A stretch of DNA of 64,000 nt, taken from the NCBI GenBank assembly GCA_963700145.1, contig OY969474.1, positions 2,816,001-2,880,000 on the forward strand. Reading direction: 5' to 3'. Made by a program: the position numbers and the translations under genes. The notes under the pieces were generated by a model, which saw only the letters and a list, made by a program, of their open reading frames with translations, searched no databases and was not told the origin of the DNA. The stretch is from an uncultured Acidobacteriota bacterium. GTDB lineage: Bacteria > Acidobacteriota > Thermoanaerobaculia > Multivoradales > UBA5704. Positions 48,325 to 58,264 of the stretch are shown piece after piece. Position 1 is the first letter of the stretch. Every line of letters begins with the position of its first letter.

Positions 48325-49641
48325 GTGCTCGAGCGTGGCGATCCCGATGTCGTCCTCGCCCGCCTCGAGGCTCTCGGCATCCGCCTGGGGCTCGACCGGC
48401 TGCGCGTGCTGCTCGCGGCGCTGGGCGAGCCGCACGAGCGGTTCCCTTCGGTCCTCGTCGCCGGCAGCAACGGGAAGGGGTCGACGTCGGCGCTTCTCGC
48501 CGCGATGGCCGGGGCGGCCGGCTACCTGGTGGGGCACTACACCTCGCCGCACCTGGAGACCGTGGAGGAGCGGATTCGGATCGACGGGCGGGCGATCGAG
48601 CGGGGCCGGCTCGCGGGGTTGATCGAGCGCGTGGTGGCGGCGGCGGAAGCCGACGGCGGCGAGCTGCCAACCTACTTCGAGGCGCTCACGGCGGCCGCCT
48701 TCCTAGCCTTCGCCGAGGACGCGGTGGAGCTGGCGGTCCTGGAGGTCGGGATGGGCGGGCGGCTGGACGCCACCAACGTCGTCGAGCCAGTCCTCTCCGT
48801 CATCACCCCGATCAGCCTCGAGCACCGCGAGTACCTGGGACCGACCCTGGCCGCGATCGCGCGCGAGAAGGCCGGCATCCTGCGCCGTGGGCGGCCGGCG
48901 GTCGCCTGGGTCGACGAGCCGGCGGCGGAGAGCACGCTGCTGATCGCGGCCGAAGAGATCGGCACCGAGCTGAGCACCGTCGATCCGGAGGTGTGGATCG
49001 AGTCCGTCGAGCCGCTGGGCTGGGCGGGCCAGGACGTGCACCTAGTAGCCGCCGGCGAGCGCCGCGTCCTGCGGCTCCACCTCCTCGGCGAACACCAGGC
49101 AGGCAACCTCGTGCTCGCCATGGCCGCGGCGGCGGCACTGCAAGGCGCAGGCTTCCCCCGGCTGACCCCCGCCGCCATCGCCGCCGGTGCCGAAGCCTGC
49201 CGCTGGCCCGGCCGCCTCGAGCCGGTAGAGCTCCCCGACGGCCGCCGCGTCCTCCTAGACGCCGCCCACAACCCCGCCGGCGTCGCGACCCTCACCGCTT
49301 TCCTAGATCAGCAAGGCGAGCCCTTCGACCTCCTCTTCGGCGTCCTAGGCGATAAGCAGGCCGACGAGATGCTCCTCCCCCTAGCCTCCCGCGCGCGCCA
49401 GATCGTCCTCACCCAACCCTCGTCCCCCCGCGCCCGCCCCGCCGCCGAGCTGGCCGCACTTCTCCCGGACAAGGCGGCCGCAGTCGAGACGAAACCATCG
49501 AGGGCACTGGACCGCGCGCTCGTCAGTAGTGGGCCCCCGCTCGTTATCTGTGGTTCAATGATCCTGGTAGGAGAGCTGAGGAAAGCCATTCACGTGCGTT
49601 TCGGCGTCCCGCCACCCGCGGCACAGCCTCTGTTGCTCTAG
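48325..49641 (+). CDS. folC: Folylpolyglutamate synthase/dihydrofolate synthase
   Basis: AGSNGKGS, YTSPHL, EVGMGGRLDATN, WPGRLE, LDAAHNP. Confidence 0.95.
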   Translation: MLERGDPDVVLARLEALGIRLGLDRLRVLLAALGEPHERFPSVLVAGSNGKGSTSALLAAMAGAAGYLVGHYTSPHLETVEERIRIDGRAIERGRLAGLIERVVAAAEADGGELPTYFEALTAAAFLAFAEDAVELAVLEVGMGGRLDATNVVEPVLSVITPISLEHREYLGPTLAAIAREKAGILRRGRPAVAWVDEPAAESTLLIAAEEIGTELSTVDPEVWIESVEPLGWAGQDVHLVAAGERRVLRLHLLGEHQAGNLVLAMAAAAALQGAGFPRLTPAAIAAGAEACRWPGRLEPVELPDGRRVLLDAAHNPAGVATLTAFLDQQGEPFDLLFGVLGDKQADEMLLPLASRARQIVLTQPSSPRARPAAELAALLPDKAAAVETKPSRALDRALVSSGPPLVICGSMILVGELRKAIHVRFGVPPPAAQPLLL

Positions 49642-49784
49642 GAACTCGCTCCCTCGGATCTGCTGTCTCGCCGATGTCAACCTCCAGTTTTGCTGCCCAA
49701 GCCAGAAGCTACGAAAGACAGCCACGAGAGCCGAGCCACCCCTCGCGACCTTTGGAGGTTGTTTATGACTGCTAGAGTACCCCT

Positions 49785-50561
49785 ATGAGGAGCCTAGCTG
49801 ATTTGGCAGCAGATCTCCTTGTTGATGTCGGCCGGACGAAAAAACCTCGTGCTTACGGCTTCACAATAACACTTGATAAGGGTATACCGCAGGCCGACAT
49901 TCGGCAGCTAGCAGAGGTTGCCGGTCCTTGGTGGGATTTTGCCAAGCTGGCATGGGGGAGCATTCTGATAACGCGCGACATTGAAAAGCGTCTTGCCACC
50001 TATGATGAAGTGCTCGTCACTCCAATTCTCGGCGGTACGCTATTCGAATATGCGTGGCTCCATGGCCGCATGAACGAGATGCTTGCTCTCGCACGAGCCG
50101 CCCAAGTCCATATTGAGATCTCGGATGGGGTTGTCGCTTTGCCCCGGGCAGAGAAGCTCCGTGCGATTGAGCGATTTGCTGAATATGTACCGGTTTTCTC
50201 TGAGATTGGTAACAAGGCGGTGCCTATTGTCGCCGACTGGCCGACCCTCGTGAAGGAGGAGTTAGATGCAGGTGCGAAGCACGTCGTAATCGAAGATAGA
50301 GAACTAGGGCCTGAAGGCAGGGAGATCCGCGGTGATCTCGTTGAAACGCTCCTCGACTCTATACCGATGAATCGTCTTGTTTTCGAGGCGATTGAGCGAA
50401 AGCAGCAAACCTGGCTGATACGGCATCTCGGATCGAATGTCAATTTGGGCAATACGCTACCTATGGACCTGATGACAGTCGAGTGCATCAGACAAGGCTT
50501 GAATCACGACACCGTTGATCCGCGATGCTGGAACGTATACAAGCATCGGCCTAGTAAGTAG
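49785..50561 (+). CDS. ComA (phosphosulfolactate synthase)/HSA32-family protein
   Basis: LDKG, DFAKLAWGS, GGTLFE, EISDG, SEIGNK, FEA...QQ, NVNLGN; low-GC codon usage. Confidence 0.8.
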   Translation: MRSLADLAADLLVDVGRTKKPRAYGFTITLDKGIPQADIRQLAEVAGPWWDFAKLAWGSILITRDIEKRLATYDEVLVTPILGGTLFEYAWLHGRMNEMLALARAAQVHIEISDGVVALPRAEKLRAIERFAEYVPVFSEIGNKAVPIVADWPTLVKEELDAGAKHVVIEDRELGPEGREIRGDLVETLLDSIPMNRLVFEAIERKQQTWLIRHLGSNVNLGNTLPMDLMTVECIRQGLNHDTVDPRCWNVYKHRPSK

Positions 50562-50579
50562 CTACGCACCGAGTGCGCG

Positions 50580-52739
50580 CTATTCATCACGCCTTCGTCG
50601 GCGTAGCTCCTCTGCTTGGGTGGCATGAAACGAGATGCGACTCCCCGCGATGCCGGAGGCGAGAAGCGCCAAGAGCGACTTAGGATATTTGTCGAAGGCC
50701 GCCGACCATAGCGGCCCTTCGACATCCTGCGCGAACCTTCCCGCTATATCCAAGAGCTCTTGTGTAAGATAGTTCCCGGTAGGCGATCGTAGCGTCTGGA
50801 ACAACTGCGCGACGACTTCGCGAAGATCATCATAATGTCGTTCCTGCCGACGGCCATAGCGACTGCTGTTCCAGCCATCAGGGTCGAACCAATCCTGATC
50901 GACAAACTCACTCAATCCGTGACCTGAGAGTGCTTCCGCTGTTCGCTCGAAAAAGGACTGCCAGGCTGACGCAGCGGCTCTCGCCGCACAGGGGTGATCG
51001 CTACCTTCCCAAGCGCAAGTGGCGGCGAAAGCACCGTACTGGCAAAATTGAAGGTCGTAAATAAATAGGAAGTCCAGTCTCTTGCCTGCGCCGGCCCGGC
51101 TTTCAGTTCCAGGGACATCCAACAGGTCGCTAACGCCTCCGCCAGCGATAATGGACCCCACCGACCGCCCCTCGATGTGGACTGACGCGGTCTGAGCGCT
51201 CAAGGACGGCGGAAGATAGCGCCCGTACTCGACGGCGGCGATGAGATGAGCGTAACGGAAGGAGTCCACAGCCAATGAGACCTGCTTCACGACGCCAGGA
51301 ATTCGAGAACGCAGCGGCGGGATATAGGACTCCCAGCTGTGATGCACTCCTGCGTGTACCCAAGGATATCCGAGCCCGTAGCCGCGGAAGTCTCCTCCCT
51401 CTTTGTTTGGGAAGCGGATGCGCGCCCTCGCGTCCCAAAGGCGCAGACCTATCGTGGGTAGAGTGCCTGCCGCGACGTCTTCTTTGACAAGGTAGCTGAT
51501 GACCGCCGGTGGAAGCAATGAGATAGCCGCTAATACTGGCTGCTCGTGACGTTCCGCGAGCGCCACGAGACTGCGCCATGCCGACAAAGGAGGCCTCTCC
51601 TGCCAGAGCGTGCTTGCAAGCGCCGAGATGACTGCGGGGGTCTCGACCTTAAGAGAACTGAGTTCAAGTGCGGATGTCAGTCGGACTGATAAGTCGGGAT
51701 CGTGAAGGCCGACACCTAGCCAAGTAATCTTGCTTCGGGCGCCGCCGCGAGCACGGGTTAGCTCTCTATAGGCGGCGCTTCTTACTGACGCGTCAGGGTC
51801 TCCAAGGCTGCGTTGCAGAAGCGGTAGCCCCGTGGCATCGCGATGAGCGATATAGCCGATTGCCTCCACGGCGCTCTTCCGCACCTCCGGTCGAGAATCG
51901 CGCGCGCAGAGCTCCAGCGCCCCGCGGGCACGCTTGTAACGGACAGGAAGACCGTGGCGCGCTACAAGATTCGCGGTATGCTGCCTTACACGAGCGTCAG
52001 GATCCCAGAGTCCAACTACGAGGGCGCGCAGGGTTTTTCGATCGAGGTGTTCCTGTGCCGCTAGTAACCGAAGCGCATAGCTGCGAACCGCGGCATTGGT
52101 CGCCTTAGTCGCATAAGGAGGTAGAAGCGCCTGCAGCAGGTCCCGATCAATCGTTTCTTTCAAGACCCGGTCTGCATGCCAGCGTACCCAGTGATCGTCG
52201 TCGGCCGAGGCTCGCACGAGTGCTTCAGCCCTCTCGTCTGATGGCATTGAAGTGGCGGCGAGTGCCTCAGCTGCGCGCCAGCGAACGGAGCGACAGGGAT
52301 CAGACTGTAGTACTCCCGCGAGAGCCGGAAGGGTGTACGGGGGAGGGCCAATTTTCCTAAGGGCTTCAACGGCACGCCATCGCACAGAGGCGAGTTTGTC
52401 TCCAGTCATGGCCGACAGGAGTGCGGGTATAGCAGCATCAGCTTCGCGCCCCAGGCTCAGAATGGCGCTTGCGGCCCGCAGGCGATCCATTGCCCCGGCT
52501 GAGCCCAGCAGCGCAGCAAATCCAGCGACCGATTCTCCCACCGGTAGGCCGGGGGGCACACGAGGCTCCTCCGGCGGCGCCGCGAAATGCCATCTCTTTA
52601 GGAATCGCGGCGGCAAGACCAGGCGGACACGGTCACCCTCCACAGTGGCCACAGCCCCCAGCTGACGGGGACGTCGGAGGCCCTCAAACCAGTTTGGCGT
52701 CGCTACCCGAAGGGTCATACCACTAGGCTCAGTCCCCAT
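50580..52739 (-). CDS. HEAT-repeat protein with unknown C-terminal domain
   Basis: Repeated D...VRW.A.EAL / DPDARVR / DPDASVR units; start codon uncertain (52775, 52739 or 52718). Confidence 0.8.
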   Translation of the reverse strand: MGTEPSGMTLRVATPNWFEGLRRPRQLGAVATVEGDRVRLVLPPRFLKRWHFAAPPEEPRVPPGLPVGESVAGFAALLGSAGAMDRLRAASAILSLGREADAAIPALLSAMTGDKLASVRWRAVEALRKIGPPPYTLPALAGVLQSDPCRSVRWRAAEALAATSMPSDERAEALVRASADDDHWVRWHADRVLKETIDRDLLQALLPPYATKATNAAVRSYALRLLAAQEHLDRKTLRALVVGLWDPDARVRQHTANLVARHGLPVRYKRARGALELCARDSRPEVRKSAVEAIGYIAHRDATGLPLLQRSLGDPDASVRSAAYRELTRARGGARSKITWLGVGLHDPDLSVRLTSALELSSLKVETPAVISALASTLWQERPPLSAWRSLVALAERHEQPVLAAISLLPPAVISYLVKEDVAAGTLPTIGLRLWDARARIRFPNKEGGDFRGYGLGYPWVHAGVHHSWESYIPPLRSRIPGVVKQVSLAVDSFRYAHLIAAVEYGRYLPPSLSAQTASVHIEGRSVGSIIAGGGVSDLLDVPGTESRAGAGKRLDFLFIYDLQFCQYGAFAATCAWEGSDHPCAARAAASAWQSFFERTAEALSGHGLSEFVDQDWFDPDGWNSSRYGRRQERHYDDLREVVAQLFQTLRSPTGNYLTQELLDIAGRFAQDVEGPLWSAAFDKYPKSLLALLASGIAGSRISFHATQAEELRRRRRDE

Positions 52740-54108
52740 CCTGGATCTCAACAAGCATGTCGCTACGCCAGCCATGCTTCTGGGTCGATCTGAAGATTGG
52801 AGACGACCTCAAATATTCGTCCGGGCGGAGCGCGCGCGGAATGAAAGCGACATCCGACTCCCTGATATGGCTGCCACGCACCGCTGTAATTTTGTGAACG
52901 AGATGGCGCACTCTCCGCATTTCCACTCCAGGAGAGATCCGCCAGAAGGTGCGAAGTACACCGAGGCTGATGTGCGTCACATGAGGGAATCGTTGGTGCA
53001 ACAACGTGACTGCCACATACACGCGTTCAAGGCGCTCAAGCTGCTCGTCAGCCTCACGGCCGCCAACCGCTGCGAGTGTCAGTTCACCATCCGTCAACCT
53101 CGACTTGAAATCATCAAATTTACTTCCCTGCGCGGGCTGCTTTCCACTTCCGGCAAAAACCCAAACACAAGGCCTAAGGTAAACTGCATTACCTTCACGG
53201 ACATACATGCTCGCTTCCAGGGGAAGAAGAAACTGCCCATACCAATTACCCCCGTCATCATCAATCTCGTCCACGAAAACGAGAAGTGGTCGAGGGGAGT
53301 TAGCTTGATCTGTCGCGAGCGCGTCGAGGCGAGTAATAAGGTCTGCTCGCTGGGCCATCTGGCTAAGGTCAATCTTCCGCCAATCAGCGTTGAGACTCGT
53401 TGCAATTCCCTCGATCAAGGCAGATTTGCCTGAGCCTGGCTTGTCAACAAGCAGACAACTTATACTCCTCTCGGGAGCGGATTGTCTGTTGATAAAGCTG
53501 TCGACGAGTCGATACAAATAAGAGGCGGCGTCGCGCCGTTGCTTCGTGAGGGCTATGTAGTTGCGCGCAGCTGACAGCCCTCGCCAGGACTGGAACACAG
53601 GGCGACTGTCATTATTCTCCGTAATGATCGTTATGATGCCGAGGCCCGTTCGGCTCTCAGTCCATTCTCGCTCGCATTGCTTCCATTCGGCTGGTCGGAT
53701 TGTATAAGAAGCTGATTCCTTGACGTCTTCATCTTCGCGCAGGTCTGGCCCGTAGCTCACTTCGGACGGCTGATTAGGCCCGCTCAATCGCCGCTCCTCG
53801 TTGCATCGCCACTTGTACGCCTTTCGAGCGGCTTGGCAGAGTGTATGATCGAACCTCGACCTCGGGCTAGGGAAAAGGGTTCTAGCTACAAGGCTAGCAA
53901 AAAATACGCTTGCCTTACCAACTCGCCCGCTCATTGCCGCGAGCTCTTCAGAGCCACTACTGACGTGAATGTGGCCCTTCGCTGGCCCACTTTCGGAAGC
54001 ACACAGAGAGAGCCCGCTCGGCATCGCGACGATCGCGCCGAGTTGTCCCAGAACTGGCTTATGAGCGGCACGTACAGCGGAGAGGTACTGGTATGCCTCC
54101 AGTGAAAT

Positions 54109-55567
54109 GGGGTTGTCCCTCCCGCTGTTGAAAGAGCAATGAGGTGAAGGCGGCTCCTCGGCCCACCTGATCGAGAATCGGGTTGGTCGAATAACCGGCC
54201 CCGCCAGGGGGCCAAGGAGCCGTGATGAAGACGAGAGCAGAAAGGCGGGTGGTGTGGCAAGGGGGCCGTGCGGCGCGCATCAGCCACGGGCTACAAGCGC
54301 TGCTGCGGCCGATGGTCGAGGGCATCGAGGCCAGCCGCCAGGGGCTGCTGGAGCTGTTTCACGCCGCGGGCGTCGAGGCCCTGGGGCGGCAGCTCGCGGA
54401 CGAGGTCGAGGCCGTCGTCGGTCCGAAGCGTCGGCGCAATCCGACCCGCGAGGCGTACCGCTGGGGCTCGACGGCGAGCGAGTTCGTGCTGGGTGGCCGC
54501 CAGGTGGCGCTGCCGCGACCGCGCGTCCGGCGACGCGACGGTGGCGAGATGAGCTTGCCTTCGGTGCGCGCCTTTCAGGACGAAGATCCCTTCACGGAGC
54601 GGGTGATCGAGCAGGCGCTGGTCGGCGTCTCGCAGCGCCGCTACGGTCGGAGCTTGGAGCCGCTCGCAGAGTCGGTGCCGGAGCGCGCGACGAGCAAGAG
54701 TGCGGTCCAGCGCCGGCTGGTGGCGGGGACGCGTCGTCTGCTGGGCGCGTGGCTGCGCCGAGACCTGTCGGACTTCCAGCCCCTGATCCTGATGATCGAC
54801 GGGCTGGAGGTGGCCGGCCACACCCTGGTGGTGGCACTCGGCATCGCGCGCGACGGGACCAAGCGGGTGCTCGGCCTGCGTGAAGGCGCGACGGAGAACG
54901 CGGCGCTCTGTACCGGCCTGCTCCAGGAGCTGTTGGAGCGAGGCCTCGCGATGCCGCCGCGCTTCTTGGCGGTGCTCGACGGCGGCAAGGGGCTGCGCAA
55001 GGCCGTGCGCGCCGTCTTCGGGGACGCAACCCACGTCCAGCGCTGCCAGCTCCACAAGCGCCGCAACGTCCGCGACCACCTGCCCAAGCAGCTCCAAGCC
55101 CGGGTCGACCGCCTGATGGTCGAGGCCTACCAGAGCGCTCGCTTCGACCTCGCCAAGCGTCGCCTCGAGCAGCTTGCCCGCTGGCTCGAGCACGCAGGCC
55201 ACGCGGGCGCCGCGGGCAGCCTGCGCGAGGGCCTCGACGAGACCCTCACCGCCTTGCGGCTGAAGCTGCCCGACGCTCTGCGCCGGTTGCTCGCCTCGAC
55301 CAACGCGATCGAGAACACGATCGGCTCGATCCGTACGACGACGCGCAACGTCAAGCGCTGGCGCGGCGGCGACATGGTGCTGCGCTGGGTCGCCCTGGCG
55401 CTGTGTGACGCGGAGGCTGGCTTCCGGCGTGTCAAGGGACATCGGCACCTCGGGGCTCTCGAGCTCGCGCTCGCGGCGATCGAGGAACCGACGAACACCA
55501 AGGCCGTGGCATGATCAACCGAGCCGCTTTCCCTCTTTCGGCTTTCAACAGGGAACGGGGCATCCCC
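54109..55567 (+). mobile_element. Complete IS256-family insertion sequence (1459 bp)
   Basis: Imperfect TIRs GGGGTTGTCCCTCCCGCTGTTGAAAG / CTTTCAACAGGGAACGGGGCATCCCC; 8-bp TSD AGTGAAAT at 54101-54108 and 55568-55575. Confidence 0.95.
54222..55514 (+). CDS. IS256-family (mutator-type) transposase
   Basis: LMIDG, VLDGGKGL, QRCQLHKRRN, STNAIE DDE motifs. Confidence 0.95.
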   Translation: MMKTRAERRVVWQGGRAARISHGLQALLRPMVEGIEASRQGLLELFHAAGVEALGRQLADEVEAVVGPKRRRNPTREAYRWGSTASEFVLGGRQVALPRPRVRRRDGGEMSLPSVRAFQDEDPFTERVIEQALVGVSQRRYGRSLEPLAESVPERATSKSAVQRRLVAGTRRLLGAWLRRDLSDFQPLILMIDGLEVAGHTLVVALGIARDGTKRVLGLREGATENAALCTGLLQELLERGLAMPPRFLAVLDGGKGLRKAVRAVFGDATHVQRCQLHKRRNVRDHLPKQLQARVDRLMVEAYQSARFDLAKRRLEQLARWLEHAGHAGAAGSLREGLDETLTALRLKLPDALRRLLASTNAIENTIGSIRTTTRNVKRWRGGDMVLRWVALALCDAEAGFRRVKGHRHLGALELALAAIEEPTNTKAVA

Positions 55568-56473
55568 AGTGAAATCGCCCCGGTGGCAGCTCGCCACGTT
55601 GCCACACCCGACTCTTTGAGAGAAGAGGGGGGGAGATACAGAAGTCGGAGACAACTCCTGGGAATGAATCGTAACCACGTAGCCTTCGTCCCCAAAACGC
55701 TACTGACGAACCAAGGGACCTTGCCAACCGCGGCGCCGATTAACGTTACAAGTTCCTCAGAGACCGTGCCCTGCCCTAGGCACTTGACGACGACCGCGTC
55801 AAACCGCTTTCCTTCTATGAGATCTCGGAGGTCGCCGCTTCGGTCTCGCTCGAGGCGCCACACGCGGTGGCCACGAGAATCTACGTCAATCTCTGGGTAG
55901 TTCCACGCAATACGAAGGGAGAGCCTCAGCTTCTTTCCGGTGCTCTCGAAGACGTGGTAGCTGTGAAATGTGCTGAGTGCGCTGCGGTCGCCGTTCGGGG
56001 CAACGACGCAGCCAGATAGATTCCAGAGTTGTGGTGTGTCGTATTGGTCTCCATCTGTGAAAAGCTTGCTTCGAAGCTGGTAAGGATTAGCGGATTTAGT
56101 GATGTCAGGAATAAAAAGCCGGGGGAGGATCTCGTCATCGGTCTCAGCCCAGAGACCGAGGCCAAAGACGTTGAATCTAGGGCCCTGAGAATTTGCTTGT
56201 ACGGCCTCCTCTTTATCATCGAGCTCCCAACGATTCATCCAGTGAAGGGCACGAGCTACCCTGCCGGCTCCGGAGAGGCCATAAACGCTCTGTTTGCGGC
56301 CGATTATGGAACGATAATAGCGCTCTAGCGGTTCGATAGAAGTGTCGGAGTAGTCGGGAGCAACTGTCCAATTCTCATCGATGATCCAATCGCCGACTAC
56401 GAGAATATTTTTTGTGTCCATTGGTCATAGAACAAATCTATTCAACGCCGGGTAGGCAGGTCCGAGGGGCAAA

Positions 56474-57727
56474 CTAGCCCAGCGGGTCATAGAGCGGGAA
56501 CCGCCGGCAGAGTTCGCGGACTTGCTCGCGCACTCGTCCCTGCACGGTCACATCTTCCGGCGCCCCCAGCACGTCCGCCATGAAGTCACCGACCAGGTCC
56601 ATCTCCGGCTCCCTCATAGCGCGGGTGGTCAGGGCGGGGGTCCCGACGCGGATCCCCGAAGCCACCAGCGGAGGGTTGGCGTCGTAAGGAATGGTGTTCT
56701 TGTTGACCGTGATCCCCGCGGCTTCGAGCGCCTTCTCCGCCACCTTCCCCGTCGTCCCCCCCGCCGCCACGTCCACCAGAAAGACGTGATTGTCCGTCCC
56801 CCCCGACACGATGCGGAACCCCCGCTCCGCCAACCGCCCCGCCAGCCGCCGGGCGTTCGCCACGATCTGCTGCTGATAGCCGCGGAACCCCTCCGACAGC
56901 GCCTCCTTGAGCGCCACCGCCTTCGCCGCGACCACGTGCATCAGCGGCCCGCCTTGGATGCCGGGGAACACCGCCCGGTCGATCTCCTTCGCGTGCTCCG
57001 CCGTGCACATCACCATTCCGGCGCGCGGCCCGCGCAGCGTCTTGTGCGTCGTCGTCGTGACGAAGTGGCAGTGCGGCACCGGCGACGGGTGGAGCCCCGT
57101 CGCCACCAGCCCCGCGATGTGCGCGATGTCGGCCATGAGAAGCGCCCCCGCCGCGTCCGCGATCTCGCGGAAGCGGGCGAAGTCGATCACCCGGCTGTAG
57201 GCCGAGGCGCCGCAGACGATCAGCCGCGGCCGCTCCGCCACCGCCTGCGCCTCGACCGCCTCGTAGTCGATCCGCTCGCTCTCGCGGTCCACGCCGTAAG
57301 CCACCACCTCGAAGTCGCGCCCCGAGTAGGAGAGCCGGTGCCCGTGCGTCAGGTGCCCGCCGCACGAAAGGTCCATCCCCATCAGCTTGTCGCCGGGCTT
57401 CAGCATGGCGAAGTAGACCGCCATGTTCGCCGACGTGCCGCTGTGCGGCTGGACGTTCACGTGCTCGGCGCCGAAGAGCTCCTTGGCGCGCTCGATCGCC
57501 AGCCGCTCGGCGACGTCCACGAACTCGCAGCCGCCGTAGTAGCGGCGGCCGGGGTAGCCCTCCGCGTACTTGTTGGTGAGGACGCTGCCGGTCGCCTCGA
57601 GGACGGCGCGGCTGACGAAGTTCTCCGAGGCGATCAGCTCGAGCCCGTCGTTCTGGCGCGAGCGCTCGTCGGCGATGGCCTGGTAGATCTCGGGGTCGAC
57701 GGCCTTGAGCGGGCTGTAGTCCGGCAT
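56474..57727 (-). CDS. glyA: Serine hydroxymethyltransferase
   Basis: [35 protein letters not shown]. Confidence 0.97.
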   Translation of the reverse strand: MPDYSPLKAVDPEIYQAIADERSRQNDGLELIASENFVSRAVLEATGSVLTNKYAEGYPGRRYYGGCEFVDVAERLAIERAKELFGAEHVNVQPHSGTSANMAVYFAMLKPGDKLMGMDLSCGGHLTHGHRLSYSGRDFEVVAYGVDRESERIDYEAVEAQAVAERPRLIVCGASAYSRVIDFARFREIADAAGALLMADIAHIAGLVATGLHPSPVPHCHFVTTTTHKTLRGPRAGMVMCTAEHAKEIDRAVFPGIQGGPLMHVVAAKAVALKEALSEGFRGYQQQIVANARRLAGRLAERGFRIVSGGTDNHVFLVDVAAGGTTGKVAEKALEAAGITVNKNTIPYDANPPLVASGIRVGTPALTTRAMREPEMDLVGDFMADVLGAPEDVTVQGRVREQVRELCRRFPLYDPLG

Positions 57728-57739
57728 CGGCGCCCGGCC

Positions 57740-58255
57740 TCAGGCGCCGCCGCCCTCGCTGCCTTCTCCCTCGGCCGGCGCCTCGGCGGCGGGCGGGGCC
57801 TCCGCGGCGGGCTTCTTCTTGGCGGCGGTCTTTCGAGCGGGGGCCTTGCGCGCGGGCTTCGCGGGCGCGGCCTCGGCCGGGGCCTCGGGGGCGGGAGCGG
57901 CTTGGCCGGCAGCCTCCTGGGTGTCGAGCGAGGGCTTCTGCTTGCCGGTTGCGGCCGGCGCGCCGCCGCTGTCTATGCCGCCTTCCGTCGCCGCCGCCGG
58001 CGGCGCCGCGGCCGCCTTCGGCGCGCGCGTCCGCTTCGGCTTGGCCGGCGCCTCGCCGGGGGTCTTCGTCGCCGCGGCGGCCGACGTGGTGACCGCGGTC
58101 GGCGCCGTCTCCTCGGCGTGGGCGGGCTTGCGCACCGGGCGCTTCGACGCGGTCGGGCGCTCGGGCTTCCTCGACAGCTCCTCCTGACGGCGCTTCTGCA
58201 GGCGCTTGCCGCGGCGTTGGCGGCGGCGCCGTAATTCCCGGTCTTTCTCTCTCAT
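57740..58255 (-). CDS. Basic low-complexity (Arg/Lys/Ala/Pro) protein
   Basis: Fills the gap in the operon with RBS spacing; RRRRQRRGKR N-terminus; PARKAPARKTAAKKK. Confidence 0.6.
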   Translation of the reverse strand: MREKDRELRRRRQRRGKRLQKRRQEELSRKPERPTASKRPVRKPAHAEETAPTAVTTSAAAATKTPGEAPAKPKRTRAPKAAAAPPAAATEGGIDSGGAPAATGKQKPSLDTQEAAGQAAPAPEAPAEAAPAKPARKAPARKTAAKKKPAAEAPPAAEAPAEGEGSEGGGA

Positions 58256-58264
58256 GTCCCCATC

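Larger units (their letters stand above)
52729..56421 (-). pseudogene. PfkB/HldE-like N-terminal domain plus AAA+ ATPase, interrupted by IS256
   Basis: N-part ILVVGDWIIDENW, GAGRVA; C-part DKPGSGKS Walker A and LVFVDEID Walker B. Removing the IS and one TSD joins ...GAISL to EAYQYL...AMPSGL in frame (741 aa). Confidence 0.85.

Noticed and set aside
49785-50561. Coenzyme M biosynthesis pathway
   Set aside because: Only a ComA-like gene is present, with no comB/C/D/E or equivalent in the window.
55432-55567. C-terminus of the 329-aa ORF as a genuine protein end
   Set aside because: These residues are read-through into the IS256 right end; the true continuation resumes at 54100.
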